Source: Laetmonice hystrix (taxonomy: Eukaryota). Taken from it: a stretch of DNA of 64,000 bases. The stretch spans positions 55,306,001-55,370,000 of the forward strand of contig OZ249436.1 of assembly GCA_965235115.1 (NCBI GenBank), written 5' to 3'. The notes beneath the pieces are model-generated. The model was given only the letters and a program-made list of their open reading frames with translations, searched no databases and was not told the DNA's origin. This document shows, one piece after another, positions 1 through 14,411 of this stretch. The translations under genes were made by a program, and so were the position numbers. Position 1 is the first letter of the stretch. Each line of letters opens with the position of its first letter.

Positions 1-492
1 AGCTCGGACATATGCTGGTATATATGTAATCCGAACGTGACACACCCACGCCGTTGACTCACTTGTTCGTTTTCTTGTAGGCCTATATCACCTTTGTCAT
101 TTTTTGGATTTTACGTTGTCCACATCAGTTGTAGGAGCTTAGCTATAAGCATATTTATGCTACATGACCTCGGGGTTTTATGCCTAACCGAAACCGAAAC
201 CAAAACTACCTACACTAAAACGCTAAACAACTGCCGCAACTGCCCAAGAACATTCTGACGTAATCTTAGAGGAATTCTTTGCCGTAGAGGCACTTAACGT
301 AGAGGGTCAGATTGCTACGTCCGAATATGCCAATACTTGTCTTGCTACCTACATTTGGTTCGCATATCAACCTAAACACCTCTCATGACTGAAAACATAA
401 TAGCAGTCGAGATGTGCCAACCATTATGGATAACTATTCTGTAACTTCTGTTGATTAGGTTCCTAAAAATATAAGGGGGTAAACATAGGCCT

Positions 493-605
493 AAATAAAT
501 AAATAAATAAATAAATGAATGAATGAATGAATGAATGAATGAATGAATGAATGAATGAATAAATGAATGAATGAATGAATGAATAAATAAATAAATAAAT
601 AAATA

Positions 606-648
<43 letters not shown>
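493..648. repeat. Compound tetranucleotide microsatellite (TAAA)n(TGAA)n(TAAA)n(TCAA)n
   Basis: Read directly. It explains the low-complexity ORF 372..611. Confidence 0.95.
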
Positions 649-649
<1 letters not shown>

Positions 650-654
650 TTGGG

Positions 655-1280
655 GGACTGGCACAATTATTCCAATGCCTAAAAAGGGAGATTTGTGTTA
701 TACATTGTATTTCTAACTGAAGACCTATTTTACTCCTACCATTACCGGGAAAGATATTAAAGTAATCCATTCAAGATTACTACATCATTTTCAAGCGAAT
801 CACCTAATATCTATTAAAGAATTCGGCTTTCAGTCTGAGAAATTGACAAATCTATAGCCATATGCACCATCCATTAAAGCTACATCCGAAAACGAAGGGA
901 AATATACAGGGGGGAACTTTATAGATTTCTCATGAAATACTTCTTACCAAATTGTCCTTGGCCGGCATGAAGGGCAAATGCCTCGAGTGGATAACCAGCT
1001 ACTTGTGTAACATACTCTACTCAATAACAAAATACCAGTACTCCACCCTGTAGGCCTACATGTGCTCCTTAAAGCTCTGTACTTGGCCCACTCCTCGTCC
1101 CTTTCTTCATTAACGGCTTAATATACGAGATAGGGGACTCAGAAATTGTTTACCAATGAGTCTGTTCTGTATGTCAGAGATCTATAGCTGTGAAAGATAT
1201 CGAACGAGTTCTTTTGTGTGATTGCAGAAAGCTGAAGTCGTGGTACAACCTTTACAGACAAATAAACACTGACAATAGAA
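655..1280 (+). pseudogene. Degenerate non-LTR retrotransposon (LINE) reverse-transcriptase fragment
   Basis: Frameshifted translation gives RT motifs in the expected order: IIPMPKKGDL, SN*RPI, LLPLPGKIL, HLISIKEFGFQ, FIDF, GKCLEWITSYL, and a (GVPQG)SVLGPLL-like stretch near 1065-1110. Several stops and frameshifts are present. Confidence 0.8.
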
Positions 1281-1315
1281 CAGCCATTCTATTTAGACCC
1301 GAGTCAGCTGTTTCA

Positions 1316-2704
1316 TTATCCCATCCCCCTACAAGGGGATGGGATCTTGAAATTGTATGGTCTTTGCGTTGTAGTAGTAGTAGTAGTAAACAGTACGTCT
1401 ATCTCAGTCTGCTTTCAAGATATCTCCACCAAACTTGGTAGGCATGTTGACCATGACGAAGTCTGGTCAGATAATTAGTCATGACGTCACGTGACTTGAC
1501 GTCGATTTTTTTGGACATTGGGGACCATTTTTAAAGTTCGTATTGGGAATTTATCTATCAAGGCATTTTGATTAGGCAAGGGTCTTGCTAAAGACTGACC
1601 CTTCCTTTGACCTTTGACCTTTGACCTTAGGGAGAACTGGGTCCTAGATCGTAAATCGGTTAAATCCCTACTTCTTCTTCATTTTTTGATAAAACTTGAC
1701 AATATTTGGCAGAAGGACTCTCTGACAAGAGCTTCTCAACAGTTATCCAAGGATAAGCGATTAGACCTATTTTCGCGGAGTCACGTGACATTGAACTTTT
1801 GAACAGTGCCCAGTTTAGACATCTATGGCTATAAAGTGAAGACGCTTCTCATAAAGGGTCATGTTTATTATTGTGCACAAATAGGAAGTTATATGATCTT
1901 TCGCTTGGCACCATTATTTTTAAGGATTTGACCTATTTTCGCTGAACCACGTGACCTACAAGTTTTAAAGTTAGGTCATTTGGAAGATTCCTGGCTGTAA
2001 CTCTTGAAAGATTTAAGACAGAGCCATAATTGTTCATGAATACACACCTTGACCATGACAAAGACAGGTCATACAATTAGTCATGACGTCACTTTTTTTG
2101 GAGCTCATATTGAGAATTTCCAAAACCCATCATGGTGCTATAATCAGGCATGGGTCATGCTTAAAATTAAGCCTTCATTTCTTCTAACTTCTAAACAGTG
2201 CCAGATAGGGCCATAGTTACTACATTGTATTGAAGTCGAATAGGAAGTCCTATATGCTCTTTCATTTGGCGCCATTATTTTGCAGGTCACGTGACCTGTG
2301 ACGTCATAACGATGTCATCCATATTTTCTCAGGGATATAACTTGTAATTGGTTGAAGTTAGAGCCATGGTTACTATTAGACACTAATGGGAAGTCATATA
2401 TATGCTCTTTCATTTGGGACCATTACTTTTTTTAGGTCACATGACGTCATAACGATGTCATCCATATTTTCTAAGGGATATAACTTGTTAATGGTTGAGG
2501 TTAGAACCAGAGTTACTATTAAATACTAATAGGAAGTTACATATGCTCTTTCATTTGTCATAATGACATAATTTGCATCTTCTAAGGCTTATAAGTGGTC
2601 ACGGTACGTGCATGATAGCACCATTGTTATGGCTTCTCTTAACATGTTGGACGGGCCACCCCGGGGATGGGATCCATTGTGGTATCACCACAACGTATCT
2701 TTTG
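1316..2704 (+). mobile_element. Non-autonomous Helentron-type (HINE/DINE-1-like) rolling-circle element
   Basis: 5' subTIR ATCCCATCCCC (1318) has an adjacent inverted partner GGGGATGGGAT, followed by a (GTA)n microsatellite (about 1371-1388) and internal degenerate repeats (tgacctttgacc; taataggaagtcatatatgctcttt). The 3' subTIR GGGGATGGGAT (2663) precedes the hairpin TTGTGG-tatca-CCACAA (2677-2693) and a T-run. Confidence 0.7.
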
Positions 2705-5700
2705 TCTATAAAAGTTAATTCCAAATCTCAAGTACGGAAGATCAGTGCGTAAAAGAACTCCTATATCATACACACCTCTAAAAGGCGTCCTCCCAACACT
2801 GACATAATAGGTCTCTTTAGATATCCTGTCTCGAAGTGTGCCTCTGTGTAAGAAGACACCATTCGTGGGTGTCCAGAAACCTTGAGTTACTATAATTATA
2901 TACAAAACCGGGCCATCCACAAATAGAAAAGTTTAGAAGAGCAGATCAATCAAACATGAATCTTGCAATTTTTTTTGTTCTAGACTATTATTCCGACCAT
3001 ACCTTGAGGAACCCGACATTTCTGAATTCCGCTCCTCCTAAAGGAGCGGAATGATGACATCTAGAATAAATTAATTCCAAATATGAAGTACGGAAGATGT
3101 GCTCTCTCTAACCAATATGCACTGTTATGTTATACGATACAAGTATACTGCAGTCGGCTTTGCTTTTATCCTTTGGTTTTTCTTATCTGCGTCCGTCCGT
3201 CTCTTCTGTCTGCCTGTCTGCCTGTCTGTCCATGTCTCTTTCCGTCTCTCTCTGTCTCTCTCTGTCCTCCAAGAATCATAGCCAATCGTGGCCAGTCGTG
3301 GTGAAAAAAAATATGTCGGTGTCGGTATATGCCAAGGTAGGTTTAGGTAAATTCGCTCGGTTTCGGTGTTTAAGTCACGACTACTGCTGCCAAAACCGAT
3401 ACCATGCGTGACCCCGATATATTGAAACCGGAGTTTATACGACAGGTTAGACCTACAAGGCGAGATTCTACCAAATATGATTGGCATCTGGAGATGAATT
3501 TGCAAACATGCAGGTAGCTATAGCGGAAATAGTTGGAATGTTCCTAACATAAGAGGCTCCCTTTAACTGTTTTGAGAACAGAATCGCTTTAGACTGGGGC
3601 AGGGGGTTGGAAATAGATCTAGATGCATTTGACCTATGTACGTGAGCTTAGTATGCACTAATTAATAATAGGGGACCTCATTTTTAGCATCTCAATTCAG
3701 GGACTCGATGGTGAATCAACCGGGCAGTCGGGGTTCGACAGTATTGCCGACTTATCTTTTTCAAAGTAAAACATGGAATATTCAGCACCGCCAATTTCAG
3801 GATTTTCGTTTTTTTTTTTAATTAGAGATAGTCATTGTTTACACTTTATGCAAAATGGTGGCATTTCATCACAAATTATAATCAAAAAGGTGAGCTGAAA
3901 TTACGCATGTATCCGTGCAATATATGCTGATGGCTGGAAACAAGGCCTTGACAACCTTGAACTTGCAACGTGGTACGGACAACAAAGCGTATCGTGGCAC
4001 GAAAACGTGTGTTTACATCCCTTGGACAAGCAGTCCAATCAGATTGGCTCTTGAGAACGCTGTGTGATATAAAAGAGTTATTTAAAGTTCAACTGTGCTC
4101 ATTCGAGAGACGACTGTACACGTGTGCGAATGAAATGTTGAAAGCAAGGAATTGCGGCAGAGAATTATCGGCATGGTACGTAAAAATGTTGACTGGAAAA
4201 TCATTTTCTCGGTTACTCGATAGGTAGAAGGGGAACGTGCGAAAACATGCTTGTGTAAATTTCGGTTCTTATCTTAAACAATTGAAAATGTTTGTGCAAC
4301 CGTGTGAAAATTTCAAATGAATTGGGAAGTCTTGCTTACTCATTTATGACCAACTCAAGATTTGCAAATTTAGAAATCAAGGTATCTACCTTATGGGGTT
4401 TGGTCTTGGAGAATTCTACTGGATTTAGTTGATTCTGCACGACTGCGTACACTACTGGAAACATTTGAACGGCCCAATTCTTTTCGAGTTTCTAGGTTAT
4501 TCGGAGTTAGGGTACCAGTTTAACTAAGTCTGAGATTTATTTATTCTATTTATTGCAGACTTTCCTGAGTCGAACGGCTCTTGTGTATTGGCTGCTGTGA
4601 TATGCACTACTAAAACGAGCAGCCTCCAGTCATATATCGATACAGTAAGTTGTGCAGAATACACACTTATGAGGCGCTTGAAGTATACACACCAACCAAC
4701 CCAAAAATACAGTTCTATATTCTTTCAGGTATTATCCGCAAACTTGAGACATTATGCGTACTTAATAATATTTCTTCTGTCCGAATTGGTGAATGTTACA
4801 AAACATACCGAGTATACAATGCGCTTCTTTGCACTTGCTTTACTTACATTCGTACATTGCAAGATAACGCCACATGCCTAGTTGTATTCTTGCTTTGGTT
4901 GATGGGTCTATTTAATATGCCTTATTCAGTACTATATATAATGTAATTTTTTTTTTCTATTAACATTACGCCTCCTTGCTTGACAAACTGTAACTGATGG
5001 TCACTAGCAGCTATAACGGCATGTGGTTTTACAGCCCTGTAAACTCTCGGGAAGCTGTTCGTAAATTAATATGCCCCTAGCTACAGGGGTGTTTTGGGGG
5101 CCCTTCAGCTCTCAAAATGTCCAGTGAAGTTCCGTGCTGACAAATTAATATACAGGTGGCGCTAGAAGTCTGTAACTACGGTATTGCAGTGGTAAATTAT
5201 AGGGGGGGGGGAAATCAAGGATGGGAATTATCTCCCGGAATTCAGCGTAACATTCCCTGTAACATCGGGATATGAACCGGGTTATAATTGTAATTTTGTT
5301 GTATTTTAATTTTTGTCTTATTTGTAGTTTCAAGGCCAAAAACATTTTTAGGTACAAAATAGTGTATTGTAATATTTCTTTTTCTGCGAGTCTGCAAAAC
5401 TTAACTTTCGGTTTTGGACTTTCAGGGATTTTTCCTGGATCATCTCCTCGCTTTCCGTGCAGTTATTTGGAGAAGGGCTTCAGGGTTATCCCACAAGATG
5501 TACTTGATGATAAATGTACATTAAGGTAAGAATTTACTTAAAATTCAAATCTGTCATATAGGGTGTTCAAAATAGGTTGGATGACGACTATGCCGTCATC
5601 CGTTTTGGATTGACCATGCCACTGCACAGCCACTGGAACGTGGCTAAAGATATTGCCCAGTCATGTAATGTGGCATCATAGATAATACTTTTGCCCAGTA

Positions 5701-6869
5701 GTGTAATGTGACCTGTTAGCTACTCTTGCCCAGCCACAAGGCTCAGATTTAATTGCCCAACTACTCTGGGCAGCGACATTTACACATTTACAGGTGATTG
5801 TAAGCCTACTTTCTATATCTCTTGAACTCGCCCTAGTCCTAGTATATATTGAGACTGGAAACCCTTTACTTTTCCATATGTTTTCCTTTTTTACCCTTAG
5901 GTTTTCGAGCAAGCGTTTCACTGAGGACGCCATGTCTGAGGTAATGACCTAAACCTGACACGGCGCGTGACATCTGCGCGCTGCCATCTGTGCGTGTTAT
6001 TCCTGCCCTTCTCTGCACGGATTACCTGGAGAGTGTGAGGTGTCTCATGGATATGAACCTGTGAAATTTGTGTTTTATTGTGAGCCGAGGATGTATGGCA
6101 TCCTGGTGGACTTTAGCCTGATGAACTGATAAGCCTGATGAACTGATATGCCGTGTGGCATGACTTTTTATGCCGTGTGGCATTTACCAGGCTCCCATCA
6201 ACCAGGTTCCCATCAGCTACGAGAAGCGGCACCTGGACACTGGATCAGTAAGTGGGGTATTTTGATATTTTTGACTTAATTTGATTTTAATAATGTAGGT
6301 AACGTTATCACCGATTTAATTTTATATGAGTTCATCTGGCTTCAATAGTTTTTGCTCCTTGTTCGCCCAACAACGTAGTATCGAATCGATAAAGTAATTT
6401 CAGAACTATTAATTGCAAAATTTCTCCTTTTTTTGTTTGACAGTATGTGCCATGCCTCAGCGACAGGTAGGACCGGTTTCTAGTACTAGCTAGAGATACA
6501 TCTGGAGACGTCCAGGTATATCTCATTTAAGGAAACTAGGCCAAAATTGGTCTATTTAATGACGGACGTATTCATTGGGGACAGTGCTAGCCCTGGTGAA
6601 TACATAAAGATGATGATCTAAATGCGCTTAAATGATTACTGCGATACAGAAATCTGTCGCGCAGATCTCGATGCGAATTGTGCACACGCGTAAAAACTCT
6701 GATTGTTGACCTGGCACTAGGCCTATAACTTCAGACAAAAATAATATTGTTCAGGCGGCAAGAGTGAATAGGTGGAGCTAGGTGGTCGATCATTATGGAC
6801 ATACACTTTCCTTCTATACAAGGTACCATTTTCAAACAAATGTTTTCATTGATAAGGTAATGCTATCTT

Positions 6870-9800
6870 CACCATTCTTTACCCTCTACAGGTGATTCAG
6901 TTTCAAATGTCATCCTTGGCAAAATGTCTGTATATTTGGTACAGTTACAGATGGATTTCTCAAACCCCTCAGAGTATCTCGGTTTCCATCTCGCAAAAGT
7001 AACGTTGATTCTCGTTCTGTGTAATATGCATATTAATTATTTTTCTTTTCTCATTTTTTTACAAGTGCCTCATATCCAACAACCATTTGTACCTACAAAT
7101 ATATGCAATGAGCCATTGTCCATACACATATATGTATCATGAATGACTGAGTTGGAGTACATGGAGGTTTTTAACCCATACATGGAGAATGTCAACATAC
7201 AGCCAAGGCTGTCTCATACATAAATTTAATCTTTACCATATACACAGGTGGTTTTACAATACAGCAAATGCTGTCTTGTATATCTAAACTTTACGAGGTG
7301 GTGGGACTACCCCATTCAGTTGGTGTGACAACAATGTATATCCTATACACAAGAGGTTTCTAATCTTTACCCCATACACAAGTGGTTTGAAAACACGGCC
7401 AAGGCTGTGTAATATTAAATATTTACCCATACACAGGTGGTTTGAAAACACGGCCAATGCTGTGTAATATATAATCTTTACCCACACACAGGTGGTTTGA
7501 AAACACGGCCGAGGCTGTGTAATATTAAATATTTACCCATACACAGGCGGTTTTAAAACGCCACAAGGCCGCGTATATCTGATCTTTTCCCCGATACAGG
7601 GGATTCAAAGTTATAATACAAAAAAAGGTATAGTATTCTAATGCCCGTACATCTTTACCCATAAACAGGTGGTTTGAAAACACAGCCAAGACTGTGTAAT
7701 ATTAAATCTTTACCCATACACAGGTGGTTTGAAAACAGGGCTAAGCCTGTGTAATTAACATTAACCCATACACAGGTGATTTGAAAACACGGCCAAGGCT
7801 GTGTAATATTTATTTTTTAACCATACACAGGTGGTTTACGAAAACAGCCAAGGCTGTTTTAAAGAAATCTTGACTGAGACAGCCCAGGCTGCCACAATGT
7901 TTACTTTTGGCCTCATATACATGGGGTTCTCTGATACAGTTTCAAATGTCCCCGATACAGGTGATTCACAGTCGAAATTGTCTGATATTTGCCCCATGTA
8001 CAAATGGTTCAAATGGTGCATTGCCTACTTGTAGGCAAATAACGGGTATAATACTGAACACCGTTAATTTTATGTGCCATTTCGCGTACGGGTATTTTCC
8101 TCCATCGCGTACATTTTCCGACTATTTCATTTCGTGAAACGTGCGGAACTTTTGAATGTTTCACAAATGTTGCATATTTGATACAGTTTTGAGATAATCA
8201 AAGATCCCTAATAGCTCCCAGTTGCGTCAGACAGGTGTAACGGGACGTGTACATGCATTTATTGGCGACCATTGATCTTTGTCCTAGACACAGGTGATTC
8301 CCAAAGTGCAACCAAGGTTGCCAAATATACTTTGATTTTACCGATGTGGTTTACTTAGACAGCCAAGGCTGTCAAAATGTGTGGTCTTGAACAAAACTAT
8401 CGACCGAGCTTTACGTATACACACGTGGTTTAAATACATGCAAGGCTGTCAAATCTACAATTTACCCCATTCACAGGTGGTGTCCTCCCCCATTAACAGG
8501 TAGTTTGACAGTCGTGGTTTTATCCACTTGACAAGGCTGGCTAATGTATCTTTACCCCTGCACAGGTGATTTGCTAAAACAACCAAGGCTGTAACAGAAA
8601 TTTGACTAATATTATATGGGGGTTCTCCTGATAAAAGGCTGCGGCATATATCTAGTTACGTCATACACACGTGGGTTATTTTCTGGGACATGTATTCCAG
8701 ATTTTAGACCAATTCGCGTCTGCGTATTTCTCTCCTATCTGTACATGTATTGTTGATTCTTTTCCCTAGACACAGGTGATTCGAACGTGCAACCAAGTTT
8801 GCCATATATCTTATCTTACACTTAGACGGCCAGGCTGTCAAAAGGTGCGATCATTATTTTTACAAGTGCTCCTACACATTATGATATGGATCAAGGATTA
8901 CTCTGAGATTGGGGTGGAGAATGCATGGGGGTTTCATGATACATCCAAGATTGTCTGATATAGTTCCTTTACCCCATACATAGGAATGTCATCAGACATG
9001 CAAGGCTCTTTCATACATAAATTTAATCTTTACCATATACACAGGTTTCACAAGACAGCAAAATGCTGCCTTGTATATCTGAACTTTACGAACTACACGA
9101 GTGGTGGAACTACCCCATTCAGTTGAACAATGTATATTCATCCTATACACAGGTTTCTAAGCTTTTGAAAAGGCTGTGTAATAAATATTTATCCATACAC
9201 AGGTGGTTTGAAAACACGGCCAAGGCTGTGTAATAATTAATCTTTACCCATACACAGGTGATTTGAAAACACGGTCAAGGCTGTGTAATATTAAATTATT
9301 ACCCACACACAGGTGGTTTGGAAACACGGCCAGGGCTGTGTAATATTTAATCTTTACCCACCCATAAGTGGTTTGAAAACACGGCCAAGGCTGTGTAATA
9401 TTTAATCTTACCCATACACAGGTGATTTGAAAACACGGTCAAGGCTGTGTAATATTAAATTTTACCCACATACAGGTGGTTTGAAAACACCACCAGGCCG
9501 CGTATATCTTATCTTTGCCCCGATACAGGTGATTCAGAGTTATAAACATGTCTGATCTTTGCCCCACCTACAGGTGTATGGTATTCTAATATTCAACTGA
9601 CTGGATTAGTTGTTCTTTGCCCACATCTTTACCCATACATAGGTTGTTTGAGAACACAGCCAAGACTGTGATATTAAATCTTTACCCATACACAGGTGGT
9701 TTGAAAACACGGCCAAGACTAATAATTTTTTACCCACACACAGGTGGTTCACTAAAACAGCCAAGGCTGTTTTAAAGAAATCTTGACTGAGACGGCCCAT

Positions 9801-11150
9801 GCTGCCACAATGTTTACTTATGGCTTCATGCACATGGGATTCTCTGATACAGCTGTCAAATGTCCAATTTTTGCCCCGATACAGCTGATTCAGTCTCAAG
9901 TGTCTGATATTTGCCCATGCACAAGTAGTTCAAATGGTGCATTGCTTACCTTTAGGCAAGTAACGGGTATAATACTGAACACGGTTAATTTTATGTGCCA
10001 TTTCGCGTACGGGTATTTTCCTCCATCGCGTACATTTTCCGACTATTTCATTTCGTGAAACGTGCTGAACTTTGCATATATGATACAGTTTTGAGATAAT
10101 TAAAGATCCCTAATATCTCCCAGTTGCGTCACAGGCGTGCAACCAAGGTTGCCAAATATAATCTAATTTTACCGATGTGGTTTACTTAGACAGCCAATGC
10201 TGTCAAAATGTGTGATCTTGTGATATGAACAAAACTGTCGACCGATCATTACGTATACACACGTGGTTAAATACATTCAAGGCTGTCAAATCTATCTAAT
10301 CTTTATCCCATTCACAGGTGGTGTCCTAACCATTCACAGTTAGTTTGACAGTCATGGCTTTACCCACGTGACATGTGGTTTAAATAATACATCCAAGGCT
10401 GGCTAATATATCTTTACCCATACACAGGTGGTTTGATAACACAGACCAGGCTGTGTAATGTTTCAAACTTTACCAAACACACAGGTGGTTTGCTAAAACA
10501 GCCAAGGCCAAGGCTAAATATGACTTTTGACATCATATACAATCATACATATATAATCATCCTGATTACACAATGTTGTGACGTATATCTACTTGTGTCA
10601 TACAAAAGTGGCTCACCTATTCAACCAAGTGAAACGTCCGATCTTTACCCCTTTACAGGTAGTTCCAATTTCAAAATGGCACATACGGAGGTTATATTGC
10701 TTACTGGCTTTAGCATGTAAGCAGGTTTTTGGTGGTGTGTACCCAACTGTTTTCATGAACGAATCACGGGTTTGCAGTGTTTTTGCTGACAAACGGCTAT
10801 ATTCATTGATACTTTAATGAGCTGATCTACGTGTATTCTTGATCTTTGCCCCATAGACAGGTGAATCACTTTTACAACCAAGGTTTTCACTGATGCCGTC
10901 AAGGCCTTTAAAAATGTCTATTTTTTCCTCCCCCATACACAGGTGATTCACTGATACAGCCAAGGCTGTTTCAGTATATCTTATCTTTGCCCCTATAGCC
11001 TACAGGTGATTAAAAGATATCAAAATGGCTTGTCTTTGTCCCATGCACAGGTATAGTCCAATGACTGGATGGATTATTTGCTCTTTGCCCACATTTAGCC
11101 AGTTATGTGGCGTACTGTGACTTTTTCCCAAGTGCAGGTGGTTTACTATG
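6870..11150. repeat. Degenerate satellite array with an ~59-bp monomer and an ~1.9-kb higher-order duplication
   Basis: Many copies of tttacccatacacaggtggtttgaaaacacggccaaggctgtgtaatattaa. A non-monomer block at 8041-8145 recurs almost exactly at 9962-10066 (offset 1921). Confidence 0.85.
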
Positions 11151-12729
11151 GAATCAAGTGTGTATACTGATAACACTGCCTAGATCTAATTTGGACAGCT
11201 AGTTTGAGCACTTCAGACTGTCAACCAACTCCCCCCCCCCCCTTCAGAATTTGGATTGCGGATAAGCTCGGATTTTGACACTTCGGGACTTAAGTGCATT
11301 TTAGAATGCAATGTTTGCAAATTACCGAGTCATGTTTCAAGAAACAGGCCTTTTCGGAACTCTAGCCTGTGAAACACTATTCAATGGCTTGGTGTAACCG
11401 TAGAATTCTTGGCCATCAATATCGGTCTTTCTCACAATTACGTCGAGCATTGTGTATATTTGTTTCAGGAAAGGTACGTACAAGCTCACGAGTGTGAAAG
11501 ACCTTTATATGGACACACGTAGAGTTTTTATAAGCCGGTTGAATTAGATTATTCCAAAAGCGGTGCTGTGCTGATGAAATCAATGACACATCGCAAAATG
11601 TAAAAAGACTACAACGTGAGGTTGCAGATCGAATCTGTGTGTAGCGATGGTCGTAGTCGTCATTGAAATAGTCACCAACCAAAGAAAATATCTCCTACGT
11701 CATAAATTACAACTCCACTGAATGGTATATAAATTCACCCTCTATTTCCACGCTGAATCTGCAAAACATGACGTTCTTTTGTTCAATGTTTTCTCCATAG
11801 ATGGCGCCGCCGATGTTTAAAGTGATCTCAGAACCAAGTGCCTGTCAGACGAGTTAGACAAAGTGCTCGACAAAAAGAGTTCATAGGTAGGCACTGGATG
11901 TATATAACAGCCTATAGTTGTCAAATTTTGATTTGGACGGGAATGATAAGTCACACGTTGGCCAATCTGATTGTGAGTTGTAGCAATTTCGCTTTATTTA
12001 GTTAATTCTGAGTTCCAATTGAGCTGAAGTCCGTAATTTGTTTTTGTTTCAGCCTTTTCTGATTCGAACGGTTCAGGCGTTACCTTCCGCTGCGGTATAT
12101 TTGCTGGTGTTCTGACCCCTGCTCGGCCCAAGGCTTGACATAAACGGCCATCACCCTCTAATGGTATCAATAAGGTAAGTTGTGCGTATTAGTACACTTA
12201 TGAGACCCTTGAAGTACATTCGTGAAACAACCCAATAATACAGTTCTCCAATATTGCTCCCACACTGAGCGTGGTTGTTTGTAAAGGCCTTCTTTCTGTG
12301 TGCAAGTCTGCAAAGCTGCACTTTGGTTTTTCTGTTTACAGGGGTTCACCTGGATCATCTCCTCACTCTCATGGTAAAACCCCTATAGATTTAGTTAGGC
12401 CTACCTTCTCAAAAAGGGTTTCAGGATTCTCACACAATATGGCTCTATCGAGGATGATGTACATTAAGGTATTTTTCAACATATTGCACGGTTGTGTGTT
12501 ATTTAGGTATAGTTGTAAGGCACTAATTAGGAAAATATATTGTCTGAAATTTATATCGTTTAAAATAGCAGGGACTTTGGCAGATATGGGTAATTGGTCG
12601 CATAGAGACTGGCTTTGGTAGATCTAAGGTTGAGTAATGACCTGATGATGGTAGGCCTTCAAGCTAAGAGATGGTATGCTATATAAGATAGGTACAGGTA
12701 TCGTCAGCCAAGATGTCAGACGGGACACC

Positions 12730-12773
12730 CAGAGGATGGGATCCATTGTGGTATCACCACAACGTGTCTAGTT
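12730..12773 (+). mobile_element. 3' end fragment of the same Helentron/Helitron-like family as 1316-2704
   Basis: GGATGGGATCCATTGTGGTATCACCACAACGT is shared with 2665-2696. The hairpin at 12746-12762 is followed by CTAG (12768-12771) and TT. Confidence 0.6.
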
Positions 12774-14411
12774 CTCGTTAATTTCTCTTTTATCACTTTG
12801 ATCAATAAGTTTAGGGGTAGAATTATGGGAATTAGACCGAGGGAATAGTTCATTTATTTGTTTCCAGAATGCAATTGAGTAGCCTAAATACAGAGGTCAT
12901 AAATGTCAACAACAATGGCGGTCGCTTGTCTGCTGTTTCGTGTGTACTACGTCACCAGTTTTCGTTGGCGGAAGCATTTCCGTAGGGTTTTTTTTCTGGG
13001 CCCTAGAGAGCATGCGTATCTTTTTAGACGTAGATTGGAGGAAGTAGACGACGGGAAGGACTCGCTCCTATGCTGCGTCAATAATTATGTTTTAAGCTCA
13101 TTTTAGGCAACTGTTCAAAAGTAACAAGCAAAATAGGCAGAAATAACCTTCCGACGGTTGAGAAATATAAATCTTAGCTTGCGTATCTCCATTTCGGAAA
13201 AAAAATCTTCAGGAGCAGCAAGCAGGTAGATCTATGTAGGTGTACTATATGTTTACATTCTCAAAACGCTCGCATGCACCGGAAGTCTTCAAAGGTCACG
13301 CGACCGACGAAATCAGAACGACGAAAACAGGTGACATTTTTCGCGGTAATTTATTTATTTCATGTGAAGCGACAGCTTTTTCCAAAACTCGAGTTTTATA
13401 GTGTTCGTGTGGGAGAGTCGTTCAGTTTACAGTGTTAGATTATCCTGGGTCCAAGGTTTAAGCTGAATATTTTTCTGTTCGATCGAGACGGGCGTGAAGG
13501 TTCTGGCCAATGTAACTGCAATACCATAGACCTCTTCATAAAATGAACTATGTACTTGACTTCCGTTCTAAATACTCTCATCTCTATCAGAGGACGACAG
13601 TGAAAGTTTGTGTATAAATGTTACCAATAAGATCCTCAATGGCTGCTTTGAACCGTGACTTAATTATTCGCCAATTTCCTAGATTTTGACACATTTTGTG
13701 TTATATATTTACTGCTTGACAAAAGATCGTATCGACTAAGAATACTAGAGTATATAAATTTCTAAATGTTCAGTATTACTTCTGAAAAATGTTGTATAGT
13801 TTTGACCATGATGAATAATGGTAACCAAGACTATGTACGCCTTTTCCCCATGTGAACAGATCTATAATCTCGATTATTATATTATTGTAATATTACATCG
13901 GATTCCAACTCAGTCGGAATGTCTTTTTGTGCACTCACATTTTCAGTTCTTACGAGGAAACTTTGACCAACTGCCTGGCTCTTCTTTAATGCAATTAGGC
14001 TTACAGCTAGTTGGAGTGAAAGGCGATGCGATTAGATAGGGCCTACAAATACATTGCCTTTTACAGGGAACAATTGGTGTTCGGATAATTTTGGTCTCAT
14101 TGAACAATATGGCAACTTCAACTTTATACATTGCTGGTTCCCCTCCTCATCACTAGGTGGCTCTACAAATAGTTGGGGCGCAACGAGAAGCTCTTTCCTC
14201 GCCACGCCGACATGGGTCCAAAGGCCATGCGTAATCGGCCCGGTCTCAAGTTCGATTATTTGGAAGATCTAATACTACTTCAGTATTTGAAAGGCAAGCG
14301 GACGTGCGAGGTGATGCCATCATTTAAACTCTTAAGCTTTGGCAGCCTTCAAGGAAAGTGCGCGAATTTCTTTTGCAAAGGTTAAGACTACTTTAAACAC
14401 TAATCTTTTCA

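Noticed and set aside
6870..11150. Decayed C2H2 zinc-finger array (CACACAGGTG resembles an HTG linker)
   Set aside because: The period is about 59 bp rather than 84 bp, and no CxxC/HxxxH spacing is seen.
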